DNA from: Christensenellaceae bacterium
GTDB lineage: Bacteria; Bacillota; Clostridia; Christensenellales; Borkfalkiaceae
Assembly: GCA_045637905.1 (NCBI GenBank)
Contig: JAZUAJ010000008.1
Coordinates: 25,085-89,084, forward strand
Reading direction: 5' to 3'
Length of the DNA: 64,000 bases
Below the pieces are notes generated by a model. The model made no database searches. It was not told the DNA's origin and saw nothing but the letters and a program-made list of their open reading frames with translations. Positions 26,315-36,667 of the stretch are shown here, piece by piece. The position numbers and the translations under genes were made by a program. How positions within the stretch are numbered: the stretch's first letter is position 1; every line of letters begins with the position of its first letter.

Positions 26315-27394
26315 ATGAAAATGACGTTTCGTTGGTATGGCGAAGGTAACGATAAAATAAGCCTTCAAGATATTAAACAAATACCTGGTGTTGAAGGCAT
26401 CGTTTGGGCTCTTCACGATAAAATGCCGGGCGAAATTTGGCAAGAAGAAGAAATTGCAAAGGTTAAGGCCGAGTGCGATAAATACGGTTTTAATATTGAC
26501 GTTGTTGAGTCAGTAAACGTGCACGACGATATTAAAATAGGTCTTCCTACAAGAGATAAATATATTGAAAATTATATTCAAACAATTCGCAATTTATCTA
26601 AGTTTGGCGTTAAAGTAATTTGCTATAACTTTATGCCTATTTTCGACTGGACAAGGAGTAACTTATTCCACGAAGTTGGCGACGGGTCAACGGCATTATT
26701 TTACGAAAAGAATATGATTCAAGACGATTATAATAAAATGGCAAAGTATATTTTAGACTTTACCGAAAAGTATAATATGTCTTTCCCTGGTTGGGAGCCT
26801 GAAAGAATGGCTAAACTCGACGAACTCTTTAAGGCGTACGAAGGCGTTGACCACGAAAAATTGTGGGCAAACCTTAAATATTTCTTAGAAAAGTTAATGC
26901 CTGTATGTGAAGAAACGGGCATTAAAATGGCTATTCATATGGACGACCCACCTTGGGATATTTTCGGTCTTCCAAGGCTACTCGTTGACGAAAAGAGCAT
27001 TGATAGATTTTTAAAAATGGTAGATAATCCTTATAACTGTTTAACGCTTTGCTCGGGTAGTTTAAACGCTAACCCAGAAAACAACGTTGCAAGTATTGTT
27101 AGAAAGCATTGTGATAGAATTGCTTTTGCTCACATTAGAAACGTTAAGCACTTTGAAAACGGAGATTTTTCGGAAGCAAGCCATAGAGATTGCGATGGCG
27201 ACACGGGCATTTTAGATATTTTAAAAGCGTATCACGACTGCGGGTTTGACGGTTATATCCGCCCAGACCACGGCAGGCATTTATGGGGCGAAAAAGCAGG
27301 TACGGTAAGACCTGGTTACGGGCTTTACGATAGAGCGCTTGGCATTATGTATATGCTTGGCGTTTGGGATATGCTTGATAAACTTTCAAAATAA
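26315..27394 (+). CDS. uxuA: mannonate dehydratase
   Basis: MKMTFRWYGEGNDKISLQDIKQIPG... is a typical UxuA N-terminus. AAGGAG RBS before ATG 26315 (track start 26288 rejected). Confidence 0.9.
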   Translation: MKMTFRWYGEGNDKISLQDIKQIPGVEGIVWALHDKMPGEIWQEEEIAKVKAECDKYGFNIDVVESVNVHDDIKIGLPTRDKYIENYIQTIRNLSKFGVKVICYNFMPIFDWTRSNLFHEVGDGSTALFYEKNMIQDDYNKMAKYILDFTEKYNMSFPGWEPERMAKLDELFKAYEGVDHEKLWANLKYFLEKLMPVCEETGIKMAIHMDDPPWDIFGLPRLLVDEKSIDRFLKMVDNPYNCLTLCSGSLNANPENNVASIVRKHCDRIAFAHIRNVKHFENGDFSEASHRDCDGDTGILDILKAYHDCGFDGYIRPDHGRHLWGEKAGTVRPGYGLYDRALGIMYMLGVWDMLDKLSK

Positions 27395-27411
27395 ACGGTG
27401 GTAATTACGTT

Positions 27412-28044
27412 ATGAAAATAGTGTTTTTTGGTGACAGTATTACTGATGCGGGCAGAGTTAGAGAAGATTCGCTATATACTTCATATTTAAACTTTGGTTG
27501 TGGTTACGTTGCGCAAGTTGGCGGAGCGTTGCTTTATGAAAATCCTGCAAAGTACGAAATTAAAAACCGCGGAATAAGTGGCAATAAAATTGCGGACCTT
27601 TATGTGCGTATTAAAAGGGACGTGTGGGCGCTTGAACCCGACGTTGTTTCTATTTTAGTTGGCGTAAACGACGTTTGGCACGACGACGGTAGTAGTGAAG
27701 AAAGATACAAAAAAATTTATAAGGCTATTATTGAAGAAACTAAGCAAAATCTTCCAAGCGTTAAAATTATGCTTGTAGAGCCTTTTATTTTAGACGGCGA
27801 AGTTACTACTCAAGATAAAGAAAGGTTTAATAAAGTTTATAACTATGCAAAAATAGTTAAAGAAGTTGCAAAAGAATATAATTTGCCTTTAGTTTTATTG
27901 CAACAAGAACTTTTAAATCAAGCAAATAAATTTGAACCAAAACTCTTTGCGTACGACGGGGTGCATCCAACGATAGCGGGTGCTTCGGTTATAGCAAAAG
28001 AGTGGTTAAAAGTATTTAAAAAAGAAATTGATAAGGAGAATTAA
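27412..28044 (+). CDS. SGNH/GDSL-family hydrolase (esterase)
   Basis: FFGDSITD (block I), GxND-like VGVNDVW, and DGVHPT (block V). Confidence 0.8.
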   Translation: MKIVFFGDSITDAGRVREDSLYTSYLNFGCGYVAQVGGALLYENPAKYEIKNRGISGNKIADLYVRIKRDVWALEPDVVSILVGVNDVWHDDGSSEERYKKIYKAIIEETKQNLPSVKIMLVEPFILDGEVTTQDKERFNKVYNYAKIVKEVAKEYNLPLVLLQQELLNQANKFEPKLFAYDGVHPTIAGASVIAKEWLKVFKKEIDKEN

Positions 28045-28045
28045 A

Positions 28046-28876
28046 ATGAAATTACCTTTTAACGTAGATTTAACTAATAAAGTTGTAGCAATTACGGGTG
28101 CGGGCGGTATTATTTGCGGTGAATTCGCAAAAGCGCTTGCTAAGTGCGGAGCAAAAGTTGCTCTTTTAGACATTAACTATGACGCTGCTAAAAAAATAGC
28201 AGACGAAATTGGTGATAACGCCGTTGCGGTTAGGTGCAACTGTTTAGACAAAGCAAGTATTGAAGAAGCAAAAAAGACGGTTAACGAAAGTTTTGGCGCG
28301 GTAAACTTCTTAATTAACGGTGCTGGCGGTAACAGCCCTAAAGCATCTACCGATATTGAAACTATGACGCCTGACGTTGAAGGCGTTAAAACCTTCTTTG
28401 ATATTGACGAACAAGGCTTTAAATTCGTATTCGATTTAAACATTACTTCGGCTTTCTTAGTAACTCAAGTTTTTGCTACCGATATGGTTAAAACGGGCGG
28501 TAACATTATAAACGTTTCTTCAATGAACGCTTATAGACCGCTCACTAAAATTCCTGCATATTCTTCGGCAAAAGCGGGTATTTCTAACTTTACTCAATGG
28601 CTTGCAGTTCACTTTGCACCTTGCAATATTCGTTGCAACGCAATTGCTCCGGGCTTCTTCGTAACAAACCAAAATAGGGGCTTACTTTATAATGAAGACG
28701 GCACTCCTACTGCAAGAACGGGTAAAATTTTAAACGCAACTCCTATGAAAAAATTTGGCGAAATTTCCGACCTTATAGGTGCGCTTTTATGGCTTTCCGA
28801 CGATACTGCAAGCGGTTTCGTTACGGGTACGGTTATTCCTGTTGACGGTGGCTTCTCAGCATATAGTGGCGTGTAA
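28046..28876 (+). CDS. SDR-family oxidoreductase, D-mannonate oxidoreductase-like (YjmF/UxuB-type)
   Basis: TGAGGIICG cofactor motif and YSSAK catalytic motif. Co-located with uxuA. Start at MKLPF (28046) with an AAGGAG RBS. Confidence 0.72.
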   Translation: MKLPFNVDLTNKVVAITGAGGIICGEFAKALAKCGAKVALLDINYDAAKKIADEIGDNAVAVRCNCLDKASIEEAKKTVNESFGAVNFLINGAGGNSPKASTDIETMTPDVEGVKTFFDIDEQGFKFVFDLNITSAFLVTQVFATDMVKTGGNIINVSSMNAYRPLTKIPAYSSAKAGISNFTQWLAVHFAPCNIRCNAIAPGFFVTNQNRGLLYNEDGTPTARTGKILNATPMKKFGEISDLIGALLWLSDDTASGFVTGTVIPVDGGFSAYSGV

Positions 28877-28908
28877 CGTTTAGTTTGCTATAATTTAAAA
28901 TAAAAGAT

Positions 28909-28945
28909 AATTGCCTTACTTTTTTTAGTAGGGCAATTTTTTTTG
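28909..28945 (+). terminator. intrinsic terminator after the SDR gene
   Basis: Stem ATTGCCTTACT/AGTAGGGCAAT (one mismatch) followed by T8. Confidence 0.72.
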
Positions 28946-28991
28946 TATTTAATTTTTTAAAAGCGTCAATAATAAAGCGTAGGAGGCTATT

Positions 28992-29588
28992 ATGGAATTA
29001 AAAAATAGTAAGACGTTTGAAAATTTAAAAAAGGCTTTTATTGCCGAGTGTTCGGCACGCACGCGCTACGAGTTCGTTGAATACGGGCAAAGAGCAAAAG
29101 GTTATGAAAGTTTAGCAAAAATAACCGATGAAATAGCGTATCAAGAATTTAACCACGCGCGTATGCTTTATACTCACATAGAAAAAGTTACCAACCAAAC
29201 TATTGATAACGAAGAGATTTGCGTTTCGCTTCCGTTTAGGCAAAGGTGGGATATGGAAGAAAATTTACGCCTTTCCGCAAAAGACGAAGGCGACGAAGCC
29301 GTCTTTTATTTAGAAGCGCAAAAAACGGCGGAAGAAGAAGGTTTTTTAGATATTGCAAATTTATTTAAAATGATTAGGCAAGTAGAACTAAAACACCAAA
29401 AAATATTCAACTATTTATACGAAAAGTTAAAGGACGGCACGCTTTATAAAAGTCAAACTTCAAAGCGTTGGACTTGCCCTGCGTGCGGTTACGAATCTAC
29501 TGATAAAGAAGCGTTTGATGTTTGTCCGCTTTGCAAGGCAAAAATGGAAACGGTTGAAATTCCACTTCCACGAGAACTTATGCTTTAA
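28992..29588 (+). CDS. rubrerythrin
   Basis: N-terminal ferritin-like diiron domain (ExxH motifs). C-terminal rubredoxin-like CPACG...CPLC. Confidence 0.88.
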   Translation: MELKNSKTFENLKKAFIAECSARTRYEFVEYGQRAKGYESLAKITDEIAYQEFNHARMLYTHIEKVTNQTIDNEEICVSLPFRQRWDMEENLRLSAKDEGDEAVFYLEAQKTAEEEGFLDIANLFKMIRQVELKHQKIFNYLYEKLKDGTLYKSQTSKRWTCPACGYESTDKEAFDVCPLCKAKMETVEIPLPRELML

Positions 29589-29603
29589 GGTAGGTTAGCG
29601 CGT

Positions 29604-29723
29604 ATGAAAAAGAAAAACAAAGTTATAAAACTTAACGATAGGGCGTACGAAGATTACATTAAACTCGTATGTAACGGCGACGTTTTAAACGTTCCCGAAA
29701 TAACCGAAGTTAAAAAAGATTAG
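29604..29723 (+). CDS. possible 39-aa small protein (MKKKNKVIKLNDRAYEDYIKLVCNGDVLNVPEITEVKKD)
   Basis: ATG 15 nt after the rubrerythrin stop, with AAGGTAGG upstream. The terminator comes only after this ORF. Below the track's size cut-off. No homology recognisable. Confidence 0.3.
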   Translation: MKKKNKVIKLNDRAYEDYIKLVCNGDVLNVPEITEVKKD

Positions 29724-29751
29724 TTTTTTATATTTACAATATAAAAACTTA

Positions 29752-29791
29752 AAAACCGCAGGCGTAACGGCTAAAATGCGGTTTTTTTTAA
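29752..29791 (+). terminator. intrinsic terminator
   Basis: Stem AACCGCA/TGCGGTT followed by T8. Confidence 0.72.
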
Positions 29792-29922
29792 TTATTTATA
29801 AAAAAAGTACTAAAAAATGGCAAAATAAATAAAAAATATGTAGCAAAAAAACGTTTGTTATGTTATACTATAACATAATGCAGTATTATAAACTAATTAA
29901 AATTTAGTTGTATGGAGATTTT

Positions 29923-31320
29923 ATGTGTACTAAAACAGAAGTAAAAACGTTATTTAAACTTGCAAGCGACTTTGCCGATAAAACGGTTTTAGTTAAAGGT
30001 TGGGCAAAAACTATTAGAGATAGTAAAGCCTTTGGCTTTATCGAACTTAACGACGGTACGTTTTTTAAAAGTGTACAAGTTGTTTTTGAAAGAGATATTA
30101 TTTCTAATTACGATGAAATTGCTAAACAAAACGTTGGCACGGCTTTAATTGTTGAAGGTAAACTCGTTTTAACGCCAAACGCAAAACAACCGTTTGAAAT
30201 TAAGGCTACTAAAATTGAAGTTGAAGGTGCGTCAACACCAGATTATCCACTTCAAAAGAAAAGGCACTCTTTTGAATATTTAAGAGAAATTGCGTATTTA
30301 AGACCGCGCACCAACACGTTTAACGCCGTGTTTAGAATTAGAAGCGAAGCGGCTTTTGCAATTCATCAATATTTTAATCAAAATGGTTTCGTTTACGTAA
30401 ACACACCGCTTATTACGGGGTCTGACTGTGAAGGTGCGGGCGCAATGTTCCAAGTAACCACGCTTGACTTAAATAACGTTCCTAAAACGGAAAACGGCGA
30501 AGTTGATTACAAGCAAGACTTTTTTGAAAAACCTGCAAGTTTAACGGTTTCGGGTCAACTTTCTGCCGAAGCGTACGCTATGGCGTTTTCAAAGGTTTAT
30601 ACTTTCGGCCCAACGTTTAGAGCCGAAAAATCTAACACCGTTCGCCACGCCGCAGAATTTTGGATGATAGAGCCCGAAATGGCTTTTGCCGATTTATGCG
30701 ACGATATGAACTGTGCCGAAGGTATGGTTAAAGCGGTAATAAACCACGTTTTAACTACTTGTAAAGAAGAAATTGAGTTCTTAAACAACTTTGTAGATAA
30801 CGGCTTAAAAGATAGGCTTAACAATGTTGTAAATAGCGAGTTTGTAAGGCTTACTTATACCGACGCTATTAAAATTTTAGAACCTATTAAAGACAAGTTT
30901 GAATTCCCTGTTTACTGGGGTTGCGACCTTCAATCTGAGCACGAAAGATATATTACCGAAGTCGTTTACAAAAAGCCTGTATTTTTAACCGACTATCCAA
31001 AGGAAATTAAAGCCTTTTATATGCGTTTAAACGACGATGGTAAAACGGTTGCCGCGGCAGACCTTTTAGTTCCGGGAATAGGCGAACTCGTAGGTGGCTC
31101 GCAAAGAGAAGAAAGGGAAGACGTGTTAAAGGCGCGTATGGCGGAATTCGGGCTTAAAGAACAAGATTACGACTGGTATATCAATTTAAGAAAATACGGC
31201 GGAACTAAACACGCGGGCTTTGGTTTAGGCTTTGAAAGAATGATTATGTACTTAACGGGTATTTCTAATATTCGTGACGTAATTCCGTTCCCAAGAACGG
31301 TTTCCAACCTTGAATACTAA
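29923..31320 (+). CDS. asnS: asparagine--tRNA ligase
   Basis: [21 protein letters not shown] motif 2. GFGLGFERM motif 3. GGAG RBS before ATG 29923. Confidence 0.92.
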   Translation: MCTKTEVKTLFKLASDFADKTVLVKGWAKTIRDSKAFGFIELNDGTFFKSVQVVFERDIISNYDEIAKQNVGTALIVEGKLVLTPNAKQPFEIKATKIEVEGASTPDYPLQKKRHSFEYLREIAYLRPRTNTFNAVFRIRSEAAFAIHQYFNQNGFVYVNTPLITGSDCEGAGAMFQVTTLDLNNVPKTENGEVDYKQDFFEKPASLTVSGQLSAEAYAMAFSKVYTFGPTFRAEKSNTVRHAAEFWMIEPEMAFADLCDDMNCAEGMVKAVINHVLTTCKEEIEFLNNFVDNGLKDRLNNVVNSEFVRLTYTDAIKILEPIKDKFEFPVYWGCDLQSEHERYITEVVYKKPVFLTDYPKEIKAFYMRLNDDGKTVAAADLLVPGIGELVGGSQREEREDVLKARMAEFGLKEQDYDWYINLRKYGGTKHAGFGLGFERMIMYLTGISNIRDVIPFPRTVSNLEY

Positions 31321-31339
31321 TTTTACAAAGGAGTAAATT

Positions 31340-32362
31340 ATGAAAATTTTAATGGATGCTTACGGTGGCGACCACGCGCCTTTAGAAGCAATAAAAGGCG
31401 CGGTTGAATACGTTTCTGGCGGCGGTAAAAGCGAAATTTGTTTAGTTGGTAAAGTTGATGAAATTAAACAAATTATGCAAGAAAATAATTTTAGCGATAA
31501 AAACATTTCTTTTATGAACGCTACGGAAGTTATAACTAACGAAGAATCTCCTACCGACGCGTTTAAAAGAAAGCCTGACTCAACAATAACCGTTGCGTTA
31601 AACGCTTTAAAGGCAAAGGAATACGACGCTTTCGTATCGGCAGGTTCAACGGGTGCGCTTTTAACGGCTTGCGTTTTAAAATTAGGTAGAATTAAAGGCG
31701 TTTCTCGCCCAGCACTTTCTACTCTTATGCCAAAGCCAGACGGCGGGCTTTGTATGTTTTTAGACTGTGGCGCTAATGCAGACTGTAAGCCTATTCAACT
31801 TGTGCACTTTGCTATTATGGCAGACGTGTATATGAAGAAAATTTACGGCATTAAAAGACCTAAAATAGGTTTACTTTGCAACGGCACGGAAGATAAAAAG
31901 GGTAACGAGTTAACTCACGCGGTATTCGCTCTTTTAAGAAAACTTCCAAGCCTTAACTTCGTTGGCAACGTTGAAGGTCGCGATATATTAAGTGGCGTGT
32001 GCGACGTCGTTGTGGCAGACGGGTTTAGCGGTAACTGTTCGTTAAAGGCTATTGAAGGTGCGGTAAACGTTATGCTTGGCACTTTAAAAGAGAATATTAT
32101 GGAATCAAATTCTGCTAAATTTGGTTTCTTATTTATGAAAAAAGCGTTTAAAAAGACTATGGCAAAACTTGATTACACCAAGCGTGGTGGTGCGGTATTT
32201 TTAGGCGTAAACGGCGTTGTTGCAAAATCGCACGGGGCGTCTAAGGCAACTTCGTTTAAAGCAACGCTTTTCCAAGCCGAAGAAGCAGTTACGCGTAGCG
32301 TAAACGAAGAAATTTTTGAAAGGCTTCAAGCAGACGAAGTTAAAAATTTAGTTATAGAATAA
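31340..32362 (+). CDS. plsX: phosphate acyltransferase PlsX
   Basis: MKILMDAYGGDHAP...SAGSTGAL...GFSGN motifs. 340 aa. Confidence 0.9.
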   Translation: MKILMDAYGGDHAPLEAIKGAVEYVSGGGKSEICLVGKVDEIKQIMQENNFSDKNISFMNATEVITNEESPTDAFKRKPDSTITVALNALKAKEYDAFVSAGSTGALLTACVLKLGRIKGVSRPALSTLMPKPDGGLCMFLDCGANADCKPIQLVHFAIMADVYMKKIYGIKRPKIGLLCNGTEDKKGNELTHAVFALLRKLPSLNFVGNVEGRDILSGVCDVVVADGFSGNCSLKAIEGAVNVMLGTLKENIMESNSAKFGFLFMKKAFKKTMAKLDYTKRGGAVFLGVNGVVAKSHGASKATSFKATLFQAEEAVTRSVNEEIFERLQADEVKNLVIE

Positions 32363-32363
32363 T

Positions 32364-33041
32364 ATGAAATTTAATATTGAAGAAGTTCAAAACAAAATAG
32401 GCTATACTTTTAAAAACCCCGAACTTTTACGCCAATGTTTTACGCACAAATCGTTTTCTAACGAAGCAAAAGGCGAATTAAATAACGAAAGGCTTGAATT
32501 TTTAGGTGATAGCATTTTAGGTTACGTGGTGGCGGACTATTTATATAGTAATTGCAACTTGTGCGACGAAGGGGATATGACGGAACTTAGACAGCAACTT
32601 GTTTCGCGCTATCCACTTGCAAGCGCCGTAAAAAAACTTGGCATTGAAAAGTATTTGTTAAAAAACGGCAGTTTTCAAAAAGAAGCGTCGGTTAAAATTT
32701 ACGCTAATTTATACGAATCGGTTTTGGCGGGAATTTATTTAGACGGCGGTTTACATAAAGCAAGCGATTTTATTTATAGAACTTTAATTAGCGTTACAAG
32801 CCTTAATTACACGAATTTAGGCGACGTTAATTATAAGGGCGAATTTAAAGAATTCGTAGAAAAAAATAAACTTGGCTCTATCGAGTACGTTTTAGTATCA
32901 AAAACGGGTAAAGATAATGCGCCCAAGTTTTTAATGCAAGTTTTATTAAACGGTAAAATTATTTCAACGGCAAGCGGAAACAGTAAAAGGCAAGCCGAGC
33001 AAATTTGCGCAAAAAACGCGCTTAAAATATTAAAAAAATAA
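32364..33041 (+). CDS. rnc: ribonuclease III
   Basis: ERLEFLGDSIL RNase III signature and a C-terminal dsRBD (KRQAEQICAKNAL). Confidence 0.9.
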   Translation: MKFNIEEVQNKIGYTFKNPELLRQCFTHKSFSNEAKGELNNERLEFLGDSILGYVVADYLYSNCNLCDEGDMTELRQQLVSRYPLASAVKKLGIEKYLLKNGSFQKEASVKIYANLYESVLAGIYLDGGLHKASDFIYRTLISVTSLNYTNLGDVNYKGEFKEFVEKNKLGSIEYVLVSKTGKDNAPKFLMQVLLNGKIISTASGNSKRQAEQICAKNALKILKK

Positions 33042-33065
33042 AATTTACAAAAAGCGGAAAGTAAT

Positions 33066-36000
33066 ATGTTGAATTTTGAAAGAATTGAACTGCTTGGGTT
33101 TAAATCCTTTGCAGACAAAGTTAAAATCGACCTTTTAGACGGTATTACGGCAATAGTTGGTCCTAACGGTTGCGGTAAGTCAAACGTAGCCGACGCTATC
33201 AAGTGGGTACTTGGCGAGCAATCGGCAAAAACTATGCGTGGTACGTCTATGCAAGACGTTATTTTTAACGGTACGCAAGCAAGAAAGTCGCTATCTTATT
33301 GTGAAGTATCGCTATACTTTAACAATACCGAAAAACTCTTTTCTAACCTTGAATATAGCGAAGTTGTTTTTACAAGAAAACTTTATAGAAGTGGCGAAAG
33401 CGAATACTTTATAAACCGTCAACCTTGCCGAATGAAAGACATTGTTGACGCGCTTCACGAATGCGGTGTTAGTAAAGACGGTTACACCATTATAGGTCAA
33501 GGCAAGGTTTCGGAAATTCTTTCTTCTAAACCCGAAGATAGGCGTGCAATTTTTGAAGAAGCGGTTGGTATAGCAAAAACCAAGCGTGATAGAAAGGAAA
33601 GCATAAACAAACTTGCCCGCACAAACGATAATATCACTCGTGTTAGCGATATTTTAACCGAGCGTGAGCGTCAATTAGAGCCACTTGCAAAACAAGCGGA
33701 AAAAACGCGTGCGTATAGGTCGCTTTCCGGCGAATTAAAACACCACGAAATTAACGCGTATTTATATAAATACGACCACGCCAACGAAACCAAAACGAAA
33801 ATAGGCGATAGAATTAAAGGTTTAAGCGAAGAAATTGAAGCGCGCCAAGTTGAACTTGAAGAAACGATTAAAGTTTACAACGCGCACCAAGCCGAAATCA
33901 ACTCGGCTGACGAATACATACGTTCTTTAAACGCCGAAATAACCGAACACGCCGTTGGCATTGAAAAGCAATCGGGCGAATCTAAACTTTACGCCGAAAA
34001 AATATCGTATTTTAATAGCGAAATAGAGCGTATTAAAGCCGAAATTGAAAGCGGTAAAGAAAAGATAAAAGAGTATGAAAACACTCTTAAATTCAAACGC
34101 GAATACGGCAAAAAATGCAACTTAGAAATTGATGCTTTAACTAAAAAAGCACAAGAAATTGCCAACAAAATTAACGAATTAACCGATGAAATTAACCGCG
34201 ATGAAGACATTGAGCAATCTATTCAATCAAAGGTTTTAAAAAGCGTTGAATCACTTGCCGATATCAACAAAAACATAGGTGCGCTTTCTCAAGAAGAAAG
34301 CGTTATAACGCAAAACCAAAAGGCTATAGTTGACAAGGTAAACGCTCTTGTTGATAGATACACCGTTTTATTTACCGAAACGGAAGATATTAAAGTTCAA
34401 CTTGAACAAACGGAAAAGAACGCTATAAAATATAACGAAGATATTAAAGACAAGTCAAGTTCCGTTACGGGTGCAAACGAATTTATTGCTAAAATTGATA
34501 ATAAAGCATACGCGCTTAAAAATAGGCTTGCAAGTTTAGAAACCAGCCTTAAATTCTATTTAGGTTTAAAAGACTCGTTCGACGGTTATAATAGCGCCGT
34601 AAAACGCCTTATGGTTGACGCTAAAACTAATAGCGAATTAAACTCTAAAATTAAGGGCGTTGTTGCAAGCATAATTACTACTGACAAAACTTATGAAACT
34701 GCTATTCAAACGGCAATAGGCGGTGCAATGCAAAACGTCGTTACCGACAATCCTACTGACGCCGAGTATTTAATTAACTATCTTAAAAAATGCGACGGCG
34801 GTAGGGTAACTTTCTTGCCCGTAACTTCCGTAAAACCAAGGTTTAACGATAGCGAAATTGTTTCCGCGTTAAAAGAAAACGGTGCTATAGGCCTTGCTAC
34901 CGACCTTGTTAAATACGATAGTTATTACGAAAACGTAGTATCTTTCTTACTTGGTGGAACGCTTATTTGTAACGACTTAAAGTGCGCTACCGAAATTGCT
35001 AAAAAGCATAAGTTCAACTTCAAAATAGTTACGCTTGACGGCGATATTATAGCGCAAAACGGCTCTATGACGGGCGGTTCTAAAAAGGCTAACGACTTAA
35101 ATTTACTTTCTATTGATAGGTCTGTTAGCGAATATCAAGTTGCGGTTAATAACGATAAAAACGAACTTATTAGGCTTGAACAAAATAAGCAAAACTTATT
35201 AAAGCAAGTAAATTTAGAAGTTACCGAACTCGACGCGTTAAAAACGGCTTTACTTGAAAGCAAACAAAGTATAGTACTTTTACGCGAAAAGAAAAACGCC
35301 AACGAAATTTCGCTTTCTAATATTCAAGCGGAAATTGACAAGAATAAAGACGAAATTGCAATAATAGGCGCAAGGCTTGAACAAATTAAAACCGAGTTTA
35401 CCGATATTTCACTTGGTAACGAAAAGTTAAACAAGGAAAAGGAAGACGCGTCTAAAGAGCAATCAGTAAGGCGTGAAAAGTTTATTAAATTAAGGCAAAC
35501 GCGTGACGAAGTTTTAAAAGAAAATACCGAAGTTCAAGCAAAACTTTCATATTTACGCGCCGAAATTAGCGCGTCTGAAAGCGATATTGAAAGAATTAAC
35601 GGCGAAATTAGCCAAATTTGCGAAAGCGCCGAAAAAGGCGAACAAACAATTAGTAGCAACGAAAAGATTATTGTCGAGTTAAAACTTCAAGCCGAAAAAG
35701 TTGCTTTAACTGAAGACGAGCAACTTAAACTTAAAGCGCTCCGCTTAAAACTTCAAGAGTTTGACGATAAAAAGGTTAAACTTAACGAAATGATTGTGCA
35801 AGACAACTTAAAGCGTGAAGTTTTACAAGCAGATATAAACAAAAACTCTCAAAAAAGAGAGCAAGAAGAAATAAACTTTGCAAAAGTTGATACCGAACTT
35901 TCGTTTATGAGCCAAAACTTATTTAACGAATATCAACTTACTTACGAAACTTGCCAAGAGTTTAGAGATGAAAATTACGACGCGTCTATGAGTTATCAAG

Positions 36001-36656
36001 ACATTGCAACTTTAAAGCGCAAAATTTCAAGCCTTGGTAGCATTAACCCTAACGCGATAGACGAGTATAACGAGTTAAGCGTTGCATACAACGAACTTTT
36101 AGTTCAGCGCGACGACCTTTATAAGGCGCAAGAAGATTTACAAAAGGTTATTGACGACTTAACCAAGGAAATGACCTTAACCTTTAACGAAGGCTTTAAA
36201 ACAATTAGAAGTAACTTTACTAAAATATTTAAAGAACTTTTTGGTGGCGGTAGTGCCGACCTTATCGTTGAAGAAAGCGAAACGGGCGACCCGCTTGACG
36301 CAGGCATCGAAATAGTTGCCGAGCCACCAGGAAAGAAACTTCAAAAAATATCGCTTTTATCAGGTGGCGAAATGGCGCTTACGGCTATTGCAATACTCTT
36401 TGCAATACTTAAACTTAGGCCAATGCCTTTCTGCGTGCTTGACGAAATTGAAGCCGCGCTTGACGATGCTAACGTTGAAAGATTTGCTAAATATTTACGC
36501 AACTTCTCAAAAGAAACGCAATTCATTTGCATTACGCACAAAAAAGTTACTATGGAAAATGCCGACGGTTTATTCGGTGTAACAATGCCGGAAAAAGGCG
36601 TTTCAAGTATCGTTTCGGTTAAACTTAGCGATATTAAAGATATTGAACAAAGTTAA
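33066..36656 (+). CDS. smc: chromosome segregation protein SMC
   Basis: 1196 aa. Walker A GPNGCGKSN. Long coiled coils with a hinge. C-terminal LSGGE and Walker B VLDEIEAALD. Confidence 0.93.
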   Translation: MLNFERIELLGFKSFADKVKIDLLDGITAIVGPNGCGKSNVADAIKWVLGEQSAKTMRGTSMQDVIFNGTQARKSLSYCEVSLYFNNTEKLFSNLEYSEVVFTRKLYRSGESEYFINRQPCRMKDIVDALHECGVSKDGYTIIGQGKVSEILSSKPEDRRAIFEEAVGIAKTKRDRKESINKLARTNDNITRVSDILTERERQLEPLAKQAEKTRAYRSLSGELKHHEINAYLYKYDHANETKTKIGDRIKGLSEEIEARQVELEETIKVYNAHQAEINSADEYIRSLNAEITEHAVGIEKQSGESKLYAEKISYFNSEIERIKAEIESGKEKIKEYENTLKFKREYGKKCNLEIDALTKKAQEIANKINELTDEINRDEDIEQSIQSKVLKSVESLADINKNIGALSQEESVITQNQKAIVDKVNALVDRYTVLFTETEDIKVQLEQTEKNAIKYNEDIKDKSSSVTGANEFIAKIDNKAYALKNRLASLETSLKFYLGLKDSFDGYNSAVKRLMVDAKTNSELNSKIKGVVASIITTDKTYETAIQTAIGGAMQNVVTDNPTDAEYLINYLKKCDGGRVTFLPVTSVKPRFNDSEIVSALKENGAIGLATDLVKYDSYYENVVSFLLGGTLICNDLKCATEIAKKHKFNFKIVTLDGDIIAQNGSMTGGSKKANDLNLLSIDRSVSEYQVAVNNDKNELIRLEQNKQNLLKQVNLEVTELDALKTALLESKQSIVLLREKKNANEISLSNIQAEIDKNKDEIAIIGARLEQIKTEFTDISLGNEKLNKEKEDASKEQSVRREKFIKLRQTRDEVLKENTEVQAKLSYLRAEISASESDIERINGEISQICESAEKGEQTISSNEKIIVELKLQAEKVALTEDEQLKLKALRLKLQEFDDKKVKLNEMIVQDNLKREVLQADINKNSQKREQEEINFAKVDTELSFMSQNLFNEYQLTYETCQEFRDENYDASMSYQDIATLKRKISSLGSINPNAIDEYNELSVAYNELLVQRDDLYKAQEDLQKVIDDLTKEMTLTFNEGFKTIRSNFTKIFKELFGGGSADLIVEESETGDPLDAGIEIVAEPPGKKLQKISLLSGGEMALTAIAILFAILKLRPMPFCVLDEIEAALDDANVERFAKYLRNFSKETQFICITHKKVTMENADGLFGVTMPEKGVSSIVSVKLSDIKDIEQS

Positions 36657-36667
36657 AAGGACTAAAT

